DNA of 64,000 nt from Phoronis australis (taxonomy: Eukaryota; Animalia; Phoronida). A model generated the notes under the pieces. The model ran no database searches, was not told the origin of the DNA, and saw only the letters and a list, made by a program, of their open reading frames with translations. This document shows, piece by piece, positions 38,901 to 52,029 of this stretch; within the stretch, counting starts at the first letter, position 1, and each line of letters opens with the position of its first letter. The translations under genes and the position numbers were made by a program. The stretch covers positions 945,153 to 1,009,152 of the forward strand of contig NMRA01000042.1 in NCBI GenBank assembly GCA_002633005.1, given 5' to 3'.

Positions 38901-41900
38901 ATCTTACTTTCAGTTTGGATTTTTTCCATAAACATGTGGTGTTTAAAGGAATTAAGCCTACATGTTGAGTGCTAATGAATTTGACTTAATATTTACCAGT
39001 GTTCTATTTGCCTTGTGTTGTACTTGTCAGTAATTAGGCAAATTTCAATTTGCAGAGTATCTCTCGTCGTCACAGAAACTGTTGATGCTGGTCTGCTAGG
39101 AGAGAACATTCTAAACACCGTTCAGCATGCCTGGCAACATTTGTTGACTGACGATGTAAGTGAACATTAAGTGTTCTTTGCAATGGTACATGACGGTGCA
39201 CACATCCTCAGAGCTCGTGAAGCCTATGGTTTATAATCCTCTTGTGAGACTCGGGCATGCGCTAATATAATGGCTAGTTGAAACAAATGTTGGTAAATGG
39301 TACTCAGAGAACTCTCCAGTACAACCAGTGGCGGATTTAGAGAGGAGGATATGGCCCCCCTAAAATTCTCCCAGATTCCATTTGACAGTTTGGGGGTGCG
39401 AATGTCTGGCAGGCAATATCCCAGCTAATACTCTGCCCTGGCCCCCCCAAACTCAAAATCCTGGATCCGCCCCTGACAACCTCTGTGTAACTACACGAAT
39501 GTGAGACATAGATGAGTTTTAACTCTTTTATAATAGATCTTAAAGCTGTATTTTACCGCAAAAATCAAAGTAGGTCTTTTATCCTTGTAAAATGTATCTG
39601 ATTATGTTCTTCACAGTGACAGGATTCCAAGTCATAGGCAATCCTTGCATGTGCCATTTTCGAACTCCCAATAAACTCTAAAAGCATTTTTTGAATTGCT
39701 CATGGATTTGATGTTCGTATTTGTAACTGAAATAGAATCCCATCATGGTATGCATATTGATTTAGGAGACTGATTTTATGACAGCAAAAAGTCTAATTCA
39801 ATTTTTATTTCTTAGGCGGATAAACTGGGTGAATGGCAATGTTGAGCTGTGAATCTTTGAAGAAAGATTGACAACATTGCTTATAGAGCAAAGTATTGTT
39901 GTATTTTTCAGACTCAGAGCCAGGTCATTCCTGCTGGGGCCACAGTCTATGGTTGCATAGTGGACAGTGCTGATATCCGCAGAGAAAACCGGTGAGTGCG
40001 TGCGATTCCAGAGAAGTCTCTTATCTGTTGAGTTCAGTTGTTTTAGGTGTTGTAAAATTACCGGGAGTTGGTCCGTCTCTTGGTGTTTGTTACAATATAG
40101 CTTTGGAGTGACCATATAGTTAACCAACTCAACACGGATACTAACCATCTAATCTTTTTTCAGTCTCTTATTTCCTGCCTTGCGAGGAGTTGACCTCTCA
40201 CATGTTGAGGTCACATGCGATACAGCTGTTAGTGATGGACAACCGTACACGACCTATGATCTGCGCACACTGCCCTCTGGCTACAGGCAATTGAGTGATG
40301 TGTTCAAGGTGGCAGAGTTTAATTTTAATGATAAAGGAGTAAGTTGCTCTTTAGTTTTTGCTAAAAACAATAGCTTCTTTAGACTTCTAATTTTGTAGGA
40401 AGTATTAATTCATAAAAAATAATTGCCGACCGTGCATGTGGGCTCATTTATAGTTACAACCAAGCTGAGGAGATAGAATTCTGACTCAAGGGTCTAGCAT
40501 TGTGGCCCAGTGGTATTCGAACCCACGATCTCAAGTAAAGAAAGTGGGCACCTATCACACTGTCTCCTCTAATTTGGATGTATCTCACTGCCACAGGCGC
40601 TTGGGTTTATCGCAAATGACGTCACAATATATGTATAAGAAAACATAAAGGTTGGACACTTAAACTTTGCAAAGCCGAGGCTCCCAACTTCAACCGTCCA
40701 AAATCCAAATAAAATCTGCGTGCACCTCCCTCAGTCTGGTGTTGCATAAACCTTCGAAGCCTTATCTTTCCTAGATCCCATTAACTGTCTTCGTGAGTGG
40801 TGAATTGGCGATGGAATTTCCAAAACAATCTCAAAACTCTGAATTCAAGGACCTGAAATAGTAAACATGGCGGATTTCTGTTGTGCTTCAACTTGTACGC
40901 CTGACGTAGGTGAAACTTCAAGTTTGAGCAAGCAACCTATATTTCAAATTCAATAACTCTAATCCAAAACTCAACTAATTGAGAATGTTAAAGTTAGTAT
41001 TTTAATGATTATTTGTAACTTTATTCCACTGACGGCTCATTTTAGCNNNNNNNNNNNNNNNNNNNNNNNNNNNNNNNNNNNNNNNNNNNNNNNNNNNNNN
41101 NNNNNNNNNNNNNNNNNNNNNNNNNNNNNNNNNNNNNNNNNNNNNNNNNNNNNNNNNNNNNNNNNNNNNNNNNNNNNNNNNNNNNNNNNNNNNNNNNNNN
41201 NNNNNNNNNNNNNNNNNNNNNNNNNNNNNNNNNNNNNNNNNNNNNNNNNNNNNNNNNNNNNNNNNNNNNNNNNNNNNNNNNNNNNNNNNNNNNNNNNNNN
41301 NNNNNNNNNNNNNNNNNNNNNNNNNNNNNNNNNNNNNNNNNNNNNNNNNNNNNNNNNNNNNNNNNNNNNNNNNNNNNNNNNNNNNNNNNNNNNNNNNNNN
41401 NNNNNNNNNNNNNNNNNNNNNNNNNNNNNNNNNNNNNNNNNNNNNNNNNNNNNNNNNNNNNNNNNNNNNNNNNNNNNNNNNNNNNNNNNNCAAATCACCA
41501 CTCGAAGGCAATTTGAAGAGATCAAATGAAAGAAGGTATTCTAAGAGTTGTCCGATGCTAGTTTCGTGGAGTTCCATGCACATTTGAGTAGAAAATTCTG
41601 AGCAAACAGATTTCGAGTGTCCAACCTTTATGTTTTCTTATATATATTATTGAGTGACGTCATTTGCGATAAACCCAAGCGCCTGTGCTCACTGCTTAGA
41701 ATACAGAGGTGTTGTATACGAGATTTTTTATTTTGAGGGTGATTGCGCTTTTCTTTGGAAATTTGAATGATGAAAACTACAGTAGCTCCAATCCATTTAT
41801 TGCAGTTTGACAAATTCACAACCCTTGGTACTCAGCAGAGACGAAATTTTTCGTGATTGTGGCCTCATTTGAAGTGTCCTTTTTCGGGTTACATATATAA

Positions 41901-44900
41901 GCGCATTGAAATTGATTTAGGTTTTTGTTATTCGATGCTTTTAACGCAATAGGCAGGGTTCCGCGAAGACCTTTGTATAAGAAAGGTACCAGATGCAACT
42001 GCCATCACTTAGCCAGGTTATGTCATAATTAAGCTTCAGTGTAATACATTGTGTAAGAGGAAACTATGTACTATGTCAGCTGAGGCGATAAATTAGTCTT
42101 AATCAGCAGGTTTTGCCACTGTGATCAACTTCATTACGGGGTTTTCGTTTCAAGTCTACCATTAAATTTCTAGACTGTTCAAGAATACTGTAAGGGTTAC
42201 ACTGAAGAACTCAAAGTGACTGTTAAGGAGTCCGGTCGTGTGGACGCCATGGTGACCTGGTTTGACCTGCGTCTTGATGACCGCATCAAACTCAACACTG
42301 GTCCGGAATCCGGCTCATGCTGGGAGCAGGCTGTCTACCCAGTGTTACCTTGTCATGTGAAACAACAAGGTATAATCATGGGTTATATTTTCGACCTTTT
42401 CTCGTTTTTGTGTTTCTCTTCCTTTGCTGGATGATTTGCACAATTATACTTTTCATTTTAGATGGGGGCCAGCATCTCGTTTTACCATAGTTTGGTGTGT
42501 TGGTGTCACATCTTTTTCAATAAAAAAATGTCCTTGTAAATTGTAGTTTGATATGGCCAAAATGGGCAAATTTATGTATTTAAGTTCCAGGACAAATTAA
42601 TACTTGTAAGCATATGGTGTGGTTCCATTGAAAGATTCCTGGAATTGCTGAATAAAAGTTGAACCTGCATTGTTGTTTACCAGTAATTCATTTTGAAGAT
42701 GTCACTTGTGTTTATTCTCGTGTGTTCTAGGGCAATCAAGTGTGAACCTGCTTGTGGGGAGGGGGGATTCGTTCAAAGTGAGGGTATGCTGTGAAAGTGA
42801 CTTTCTGCGCCTAACTTGTGCAGGAGTGTCTAGAGCGGTTAACCAGGACAAAGTTGAGACATCATGTGACCTGTCCCAACTGGAGACTGAGTTAGAAAAC
42901 AGTGCAATTGGCGAGTCACAGTTGGATGACATGGGGAAGCTTATTGTGAGTGAAGAGGGGTGTACAGGTGGTGCACCACCCGTGAGCCAGAGAAATGTCG
43001 GTTGGCATGAAAATGTCAGTGGGAATGTCTTCCAATCTTCTTGTTCATCAAACATTGTCCAGAGAGTAAATGGAGAGGCTTTGACTACCTCTGGTGGTAG
43101 TGAGGCAGCAGTACGCTCTCTGTCTAGTGAATACTCAGGTTCAGCTCAAACACACTTCACGTTAGACAGAAGCCAGATTCGCAAACTTAATGACGCCAGT
43201 TACAATTCCACCGTGACCTCTCGCGTCCAACAGCTTATCCAAGATGGGCGTTGTAATGTTGTTGATTGTTGCCACGTTTTCTCACTTGTTGGTCTTCAAG
43301 CTGCGCACCATGGTGCCACCAGTGTTTTAATGACAGTGGATGACCCGACAGTGCAGTGTCTAGTCAAGACACTGCAAACGGGGAATGACTTGGCGGAGGT
43401 TACTATAGAATTTGAGTGTGATTTGAGGCAGTGCAGGAAGGTCTACGACATAGTGGCTGTTGACCTGGTGGAACCTTGTGGCATACTGCGACAACAAATA
43501 CTGGAGGAGATTGCCCTGTCACGGTGAGCATTTGAACAGTTGCCTTTCGGAAGCTTTAGAGAAGATTTTTGGCAAATTCGCTCCAAGATCCACTGTGTAT
43601 TTTAAAAGTATTTCCAATGCCAAAGTGATTGATTCTTCCCTTTCATTCTTCCTCTCCTACAGGCGTCCTTTCACTCTGTGTTTCTTCTGCTTGCTACACC
43701 ATATCTCACATTTTCTCTAACTTATGAATCCTTGTCATTGTATAACTTACTGCAAGTCTGTGTTAATGTGTTCTTCAATTTTTTATTAGTTTGCTTAACT
43801 TTTCGTGCCTTTCGGCTGCATTCGTGGTGCCTGGTTTTTGACTGACACAAGTGCAGTAAACGAAAAAGGTCTTGATAGCATATCAGAATTTGTAACATTC
43901 AGTTCTTAGTGGAAGCAAAGTTGAGTCATGAAGGGCTTCCCATTTAAAAAGAGACTTTCCCATTTTGTCCCAAACTGAAATGTAATATTACAATATAGAT
44001 AAATATCAACATTTTGTCTTTAAATTTGGTTTGTAATCGATCATTACCCCCTCTCGATTACAAACCAAATTTAAAGACAAAATGTTGATATTTATCTATA
44101 TTGTAATATTACATTTCAGTTTGGGACAAAGTGGGAAAGTCCCTTTCTAAATGGGAAGCGCTTCGGCGATATTTAGTAAAACTACAAGTTCATCTTCTGT
44201 AATTCCTTAAACAGGTTGTTCTGCCTTCGTCCCAATGGTGTAATTATTCCGTCAGCAGCCACCGTGCATGGAATGTTGGTTGAGTCAGACACTATGAAGG
44301 AAACCAATCAGTTGGTCAGCAACAAGAGAACTCTTGGCTTTAACATTCGACCCTTCGTCAATGATTTCCAGGTAGCAGACGTGCACCGTATCTGTTTCAA
44401 TCCTTTGATTGTCTTGTAAAATACAGTTAATAATTTTGCACTTTCTTGAACTCTTTGAATGGATTGAGCAGTGAGATACCTTATTATTCAATGAGAGGTT
44501 TGTAAGTCACAGGTCTTGGGTGTCAAATTCCATTTTTTCTTCTAAAGCTGCAAAACGACCACCCGCTGTTATAGGAAACTGTTGGAACATTCCAGATTGT
44601 TTCATTTTTTTTCCTCAGATGCGTAACCATGTGGATATTACGTTGACTACTGGCTCCTACAGGAAGCTGTCTGCGCCTTTCAAAATGTTTGATTTCAACT
44701 TCAAAGAAGAGTTTGACGCCAACACTGTCCCATCATACCTGGAACAAACCACAGCCTTAACCATACCTGTCACTGAGAGTGGAGAAGTTGCAGCACTTGT
44801 GTATTGGTTTGACCTGGAGATAAGTGACACCTGTAGTATAAGTACTTTGGATAGTAAAACACACTTCAAACAGGCAGCTCTCATGTTGAGAGAGGGTATT

Positions 44901-44975
44901 CAAGTGACAAGTGGGCAAGTTCTTCAGGGTCAGGTGATATGTAGGAATAGCAACTTCTACTTGTTGTTGGATTAG
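35936..44975 (+). CDS. PRMT9: Protein arginine N-methyltransferase 9. Coding exons: 35936-36249, 37093-37329, 37766-37933, 39056-39155, 39912-39991, 40164-40338, 42174-42369, 42731-43523, 44215-44371, 44619-44975
   Basis: TPR-like N-terminus ([25 protein letters not shown]), [10 protein letters not shown], motif [16 protein letters not shown], double-E loop [26 protein letters not shown], then a second degenerate MTase fold ([20 protein letters not shown]). Exons join in phase at GT-AG sites. Confidence 0.93.
38100..38606. mobile_element. Putative hAT-like MITE in PRMT9 intron 3
   Basis: CAAGGCTTGGAAT ... ATTTCAAGCCCTG imperfect TIRs with a CpG-rich interior; no clear TSD. Confidence 0.5.
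39326..39475. mobile_element. MITE (GGCGGATC family) with a 5-bp TSD
   Basis: CAGTGGCGGATTTAG ... CTGGATCCGCCCCTG, flanked by ACAAC on both sides. Confidence 0.75.
40460..40571 (-). mobile_element. tRNA-derived SINE fragment, copy 2
   Basis: CCAAGCTGAGGA..ATTCGAACCCACGATCTCAAGTAAAG..GGCACCTATCACAC..TCTCCTCTA matches 17162-17281. Confidence 0.65.
40592..41687. mobile_element. DNA transposon with ~70-bp TIRs and an 8-bp TSD (P-element-like; hAT not excluded), spanning the assembly gap
   Basis: CACAGGCGCTTGGGTTTATCGCAAATGACGTCAC..AAGGTTGGACACT is mirrored at ~41615-41687. TSD CTCACTGC at 40584-40591 and 41688-41695. Confidence 0.85.
41047..41490. other. Assembly gap (run of N)
   Basis: Continuous N characters. 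Confidence 1.
43930..44164. repeat. Near-perfect inverted repeat (~110-bp arms, ~12-nt loop)
   Basis: GTCCCAAACTGAAATG...GGTTTGTAATCGA [TCATTACCCCCTC] TCGATTACAAACC...CATTTCAGTTTGGGAC. Confidence 0.95.
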
Positions 44976-46925
44976 TCCATTTTGTTGTATTTTGAGACAT
45001 GTTTTGTGGTCATGTCTTTTGGGGAGTTCACATGTCTCTGAGAAAAAAGTTTTCCTATTTTTGGTTTAAATATTTTTGAAAATTTAGGAGCCCCGGTCGT
45101 CGATCTGGTCTTCTTGTAGTTGAGGAGTAGTGAAATTTGACTTTTTCTTATTGTTATGTTTGGCACGGTAGGAGACATGGTCAGTGGCTAGGTCTTCTAG
45201 GATTCATATGTCAACAAGTTCAGAAATGGAAATGCAACTTTTTCTGTTGTTAGCTTCGTCTGTCAGATCAGGAGATGTGGTCGGCCATCTTCTGCTCGTG
45301 TTCCCGTACTACTAACTTGAGAAAAAAGGAATGCAACTTCTACGTATTTTTGAACTTGAAAAGTTTGAGCTATTAGCGGACGTTATCAGATCTACTTCTA
45401 GTATCACACATGATATTAAACAAAATATAATTAAATGGGTCAGAGTGTACTGTATGAACCATGCAAATCAACATAAACACGCCCATGACAGTACTCTATG
45501 TTAAGTTTCACCTTTCTTTGAATGAAATATAGAGCATCAGATGTGCACATGACATTCCTTCGAGCCCATTGTGTGAAATACTTGGCATCATTTTTTTGTT
45601 TATTAACCTATTTATGTAACACATATACAGACCGACCTGTTGTTCTCTTTACATATCTTATAGGTGCGATGGATGTCTTTTGTTTCGTTGACCTCGTGTT
45701 ATACTGTGCGAAACTCTTAAAAGGAAAATTACAAGGTCCAGACCAATGTGAACAAAAATATGGTCTTCTTAATTCTTGTTTATAATTGTAATTGATGTGT
45801 TCTTAACATTAACTGAATTGTACATCGCTATACAAAGTTATTTACATATTTAGTGCTGTGGCGTTGCAACGTCGTTGCTGTAACGGAAAATACAAATGAC
45901 GCCATTTTCATTTGTTACACATGTGATGTGGTGTACGGGAACACAAAGAGCAAATATGGCATCAAGTGAGCACAGCAGCGTGGTGAGGTATACTTTGACT
46001 GATACAGTGATTGACAGGTGTTTCCCAGACTCTCATGGTAGCCCTGTTGATGTACATTTTGGGTGATGGTAGAACGTTGAGTAATGATATGCCTATACTC
46101 CATAACTCCTGGGTTTTTGATGCCGAACTGCCAGCACAAAGAATTGATAGTGGCGGCATGTTCCCGAATGGCAGCTGGTCTACACTTGGCTATGAGGACC
46201 AAGTGTAACCAAGGCAGTTTGCCTGAAGGCACACCTGGTGTAACACCACCATGTTGCCGACAAACTTGATAAGGTGGGGCGTTGCTTTCTGTCTACATGT
46301 CGTACAAAATGGCAGTAACTGCAGCAGACAGAATTCTGTTGTCTGTCTCCAAGTACTTCTGCTTTATTCTCGATGATCTGAAACAGAAACATATGCAAGT
46401 AGCGTATGCTTCCAATAGCACAAATACACAAACTACAGTACTGCAGGAACTGGCCCACCTATTATTATTATTACATGCAATACACTGCTCAAAATTCTTA
46501 ACCCGCTGGAGTCTAGTGCGCACGAGCACAACAGTACTGAATACATAGAATATTACTCCTAAACTACAAAAAAAACAGTTCACAAACAAAAAAGTATCAG
46601 ATGTGTATATTGCGACTTCGAACTTTGTAATCTTACACAGCAAGATATAGCCAACGCTGCTGTCTTGTGTAAGCCAATGTATTGATGAGAAATATCTAAA
46701 CAGAGAAAAACAAGCCTAGAATACAAAACAGCATACCAAAGGTATCAGTTACTTCGTGAAGTCTAGTACCATTGAACTAATATAAAATGTCTTACAATGG
46801 AAAATAAATAGATGAAATCCATTACAGTACAAGAATATTACAACGGTGAAATGAGGAAGATAAACATATCAGACAATGTTCAAAAATTTTAGAAAATACA
46901 AAGTCTGAGAACTGTGTTCGCAACA

Positions 46926-49900
46926 GGCTGTGAAGAATGTTGCAGAATATGTCTGCACAGCTGCCTTGAAACAAACATATTCTGCTGAGGGTGATAATGT
47001 CTGACCAGAGGGAGGCTGTCTTTTGTTGCCCAAGGATCTGTTGCTCATTCCACCTCTTAAGTAAAATTTTCACTTCCCACATCTCTCCCATGAGAGCACC
47101 AGTCCACAAATGATTGCGGTAGTGATTAGTGAGTACTCGACACACAGTTTCTAGGTTCTGTATGTGTGTGCATGTATAAATAATTTTGTTGTATATGCCC
47201 ATTCCTATTTTGTTTTGTCATTCCCATTTTTGGAAATATGTATATATAAATCTGTATATCTTACCACTTCATCTGGGAGGAATGTTAATCCATTCACATG
47301 TTTAAGGACCTGTCTCCCGCTACATGAGTTTGAGTTATAAACCTGCTTCTCCAGGATGGACTCTTTCCATTCATGATGTTGGTCAGGAGTTTCAAAATTC
47401 AGAATTGTGTCGCACCAATTTGTTTTTGAGTTTGTTGAAATTTTGACTCTGGCTAAAAAGAATAAGATCTTCCTTGCATTAAAATTTGCAGTCAACAGAG
47501 AATGCAGTCAGTAGCTAGTCATCACCATAGTTGCAGGGTCACTGAGCTCTACATGTTGTTTAGAGAATCGGTAGCATGCTGGTTGTGAATGGCCAATGAT
47601 TCTTTAATGTACAGTAATTCCTTATTAGTTTCTGTATCTCTCACTTGACTTCATGGATGTCACCTGAGCTGTATGCTGGCACTTGCTGTCCTATGTAAAT
47701 TATGAAGAATGGTAGGGAATATGCGTGCACAGCTGCCTTGAAACAAACTTATTCTGCTGAAGGTAATAATGTCTGACCAGGGGAGGCTGTCTTTTGTTGC
47801 CCAAGGATCTGTTGCTCCTGAAATTGTGTGGGGGTTCCTGGATTCCTTCTCCTTTCTGCTCTCCTCATGCTCTGCTGCCGAATAAAATACAAATTGGATG
47901 CTTTTGCATTGCTGCTTGGCCATTGGAAAAAGTCTGTTGCATCCTGAATATTTACCTTTCCTTGCTTGCATGATTCTGAGATCTGACGTTTGGCAACCCC
48001 ACTTAGGCCATCGCAGTTCTCCTTGCCATGGCCAGCTTCAAAGTAAACCCACCTGGCTTTTATGTTGAAGATGTCTGTGTGATAATGGACTATGTCAATT
48101 ATATATTTGTTTCTGTATTGGCAGGATGGACTGTCTGTCCAGTGAATTACTTTCAGGTCAAGCACCAGGGTTTTCAAGCTTCTTGAGGATTGTGTGTTCA
48201 GCGATGGAGTTGTGGTTTGCTTCGTCAGAAACAAAAATCAAGTTCTTGTGTTCCAGTTCTTCCTTTCTATAGTATGCTACAACAGGGTAGAGGGTGACTA
48301 TTGTACTGTTCCAGTAAGCGCTTTGTATTTCGTTCGCGTTGCTACACGTGAAATTTTGTGCAAAATCCATGTGCACAACCATTTCATTTTGTGGTAGATC
48401 AGCCTTTAGTTCTCGGATAGCATTGTGTTGAGTTTTTACTCTGGAAACATTTTGCAAAAATTTTTTGTACTGGTGGTGCATGTGGGTTTGAAATTNATCT
48501 ATGAAGAATGGTTGGGAATATGCCTGCACAGCTGCCTTGAAACAAACTTATTCTGCTGAGGGTGATAATGTCTGACCAGAGGGAGGCTGTCTTTTGTTGC
48601 CCAAGGATCTGTTGCTCATTCCACCTCTTAAGTAAAATTTTCACTTCCCACATCTCTCCCATGAGAGCACCAGTCCACAAATGATTGCGGTAGTGATTAG
48701 TGAGTACTCGACACACAGTTTCTAGGTTCTGTATGTGTGTGCATGTATAAATAATTTTGTTGTATATGCCCATTCCTATTTTGTTTTGTCATTCCCATTT
48801 TTGGAAATGTGTATATATAAATCTGTATATCTTACCACTTCATCTGGGAGGAATGTTAATCCATTCACATGTATAAGGACCCGTCTCCCGCTACATGAGT
48901 TTGAGTTATAAACCTGCTTCTCCAGGATGGACTCTTTCCATTCATGATGTTGGTCAGGAGTTTCAAAATTCAGAATTGTGTCGCACCAATTTGTTTTTGA
49001 GTTTGTTGAAATTTTGACTCTGGCTAAAAAGAATAAGATCTTCCTTGCATTAAAATTTGCAGTCAACAGAGAATGCAGTCAGTAGCTAGTCATCACCATA
49101 GTTGCAGGGTCACTGAGCTCTACATGTTGTTTAGAGAATCGGTAGCATGCTGGTTGTGAATGGCCAATGATTCTTTAATGTACAGTAATTCCTTATTAGT
49201 TTCTGTATCTCTCACTTGACTTCATGGATGTCACCTGAGCTGTATGCTGGCACTTGCTGTCCTATGTAAATTATGAAGAATGGTAGGGAATATGCGTGCA
49301 CAGCTGCCTTGAAACAAACTTATTCTGCTGAAGGTAATAATGTCTGACCAGGGGAGGCTGTCTTTTGTTGCCCAAGGATCTGTTGCTCCTGAAATTGTGT
49401 GGGGGTTCCTGGATTCCTTCTCCTTTCTGCTCTCCTCATGCTCTGCTGCCGAATAAAATACAAATTGGATGCTTTTGCATTGCTGCTTGGCCATTGGAAA
49501 AAGTCTGTTGCATCCTGAATATTTACCTTTCCTTGCTTGCATGATTCTGAGATCTGACGTTTGGCAACCCCACTTAGGCCATCGCAGTTCTCCTTGCCAT
49601 GGCCAGCTTCAAAGTAAACCCACCTGGCTTTTATGTTGAAGATGTCTGTGTGATAATGGACTATGTCAATTATATATTTGTTTCTGTATTGGCAGGATGG
49701 ACTGTCTGTCCAGTGAATTACTTTCAGGTCAAGCACCAGGGTTTTCAAGCTTCTTGAGGATTGTGTGTTCAGCGATGGAGTTGTGGTTTGCTTCGTCAGA
49801 AACAAAAATCAAGTTCTTGTGTTCCAGTTCTTCCTTTCTATAGTATGCTACAACAGGGTAGAGGGTGACTATTGTACTGTTCCAGTAAGCGCTTTGTATT

Positions 49901-50066
49901 TCGTTCGCGTTGCTACACGTGAAATTTTGTGCAAAATCCATGTGCACAACCATTTCATTTTGTGGTAGATCAGCCTTTAGTTCTCGGATAGCATTGTGTT
50001 GAGTTTTTACTCTGGAAACATTTTGCAAAAATTTTTTATACTGGTGGTGCATGTGGGTTTGAAATT
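46926..50066. repeat. ~1570-bp tandem duplication split by a single N at 48496
   Basis: Identical ORF sets at an offset of 1571 bp (e.g. 47749-48234 and 49320-49805). Confidence 0.9.
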
Positions 50067-50890
50067 CGTCCTGTGCCATCCCATGCTGGTCTTCACTATC
50101 TTCATTTTCTTTTTCCGGTCTACTTCTACTCATTTCCATTCTTTGAATTCCACTTTGTCCATAACATTGTCCTGCAAAGTGCCGTCTACCATTTCCCTCT
50201 TTTAGTCTTCAGTTACCTTCTTGCTCACTGCTTCAGGATTTGGCGAAATTTCTATCCCAAGAGACCGCACACATTTCAGCTTCATAGCGAAATTTTGATG
50301 TTTACTACGGAGACAACTATTTCTAGTTATCAGTTTAGTGAGTATTAATGTATTTGGAACGAAGGCGGCAAAAAACAGCTTTGGAAACTTTTATGTCTGG
50401 ATTTTCTGATATAAACTTTTCATGTAGGTTTGTCAAGTAATCAGTTAGTACACGAGTTTGGTGTTTTTCACTTTTAGTCCCAATTTCTGTTTTCTTGCAG
50501 TCATTCTTCCCAGGTATATTCACGCTGTTGTCATCTCTTTGACTACACGTTTCTTGATCACTTTCTCATTCTGGACACAGCAATGGTTTTTTTTTTTTTT
50601 AATACACTGCGGGCTATGCCCGTTTCCTTGCTCATTCTTTCAATGGATCTGTATTTCCTTATAAAGCCCCCGCTGACGACATTTGGGATCACTCGCCTTT
50701 TCTTTTGCGTTGTGTTTTTCTCTTTTGACAATTTGATCTCGGTAATCATAGCGTTTGCCATAACCAGCTTTTTCTTAATGCGTTTAGGAACCTTTCTGGG
50801 TGTAAGCCCAAGTTCGCGAATGTCTGCATTTGACTTTGATTTTGATGTGCCTTTTTCTTATACATTTGATAATGTACTTTGTTAGGCTGG
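49320..50890 (-). pseudogene. Frameshifted DDD/E transposase, probably Sola(-2)-like; 3' part duplicated at 47749-48495
   Basis: Frame-hopping fragments PGKND..RVLTDYLTNLHEKF..FCRLR, DFAQNF..EIQSAYWN..TLYP..FVSD..H, HWTDSPSCQYRN, FEAGHGKENCDGLSGVAKR. The superfamily label comes from remembered motifs, not a search. Confidence 0.75.
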
Positions 50891-52029
50891 TTTGGGGCAG
50901 GTGCCCCTGGAAGTACATATGGGTCACGCTTGAAAGCGCGCGCCAGAAGATGACGCTGCATCTAGATGATCAAAGCAGGCCCAAGCCAAGGTGCTTGATG
51001 TTGACAATCTTTCTTTATAAATATAGTGTGTAAATATATTGTGTAATGCATTAAATTATTAAAGTTGGTTGATTTTGACAGCCTTTCCATCAATTTAATA
51101 AAGACAAATACATATGAACAAGGTTTGAGATATATTTGTTTCTCATGATTGAAGAGGAAAACCAATTATTAAAAAAAGAATTCAAGCTGATGTAACAGGC
51201 GCGGCCAGCCGCCAGGATTCGATCCATAACATCACGTTGTGCCTTTCTAAAGAGTGAACACAATATGGCTGTGTTACCTCAGCTTTTATTTACAAATACA
51301 ACTATCATGAAATGCGTTATATATTCATGATATATATTAATTACTTAGTATGTTGGTTTGATAGCAGTATTGGTAATACTACTTCCCTAGCAGGTTTTTC
51401 ATGTTTACAGTAACTTGTACATAAACGGCTCACTTGTCTAATAAAGATAGTCCACACTTTGCTGCTATGAGTGTACTTGAGTGTTCTGCACTTAGTTACT
51501 GAATACAACCATCTCACTGACATACCAAGACAGTCGACACACAATACCACGCTGCTGCCAAGTTCACTAGTACTCCTTGAGTTACACTACAATGACCAAA
51601 GCAAGAGTTAACCACATAAACAGATACACAATGGTTACTCAGCAAGATGGAATGCAAGTTATACACAGTAGCTTGTTACAAAGCAGGCGTGATACAACAC
51701 ACACTGGCATGGAAAGCCATTGAGAGAAAGAAAATCAGAAAAACAACACTACCAAGAAATATTCCAAAGACTGTCATCCCTCTAATGTAAACTGTACAAT
51801 AACAGCATCATCTGTCTCTGATAACAACTGCAGGTAAAGACACATTCATATAATGTAAACAGACTAAAACATTATCAAACTGGTCTAAACATTCTCTTGG
51901 CTATGACAGTCAACCACAGTAAGTTACTTATAACGGATAACTTGAAATAACTATTGCCAACTCCTCGTCAAGGACAAGCCTTAAGAAATGATTTACTAGC
52001 TTCTTTAACATTACATCACATTTTTACCT

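Noticed and set aside
41002-41583. Long ORFs in the track
   Set aside because: They are made of N-gap codons.
45915-46643. Cluster of overlapping ORFs downstream of PRMT9
   Set aside because: Coding-like composition, but no motif I can assign; probably another decayed TE fragment.
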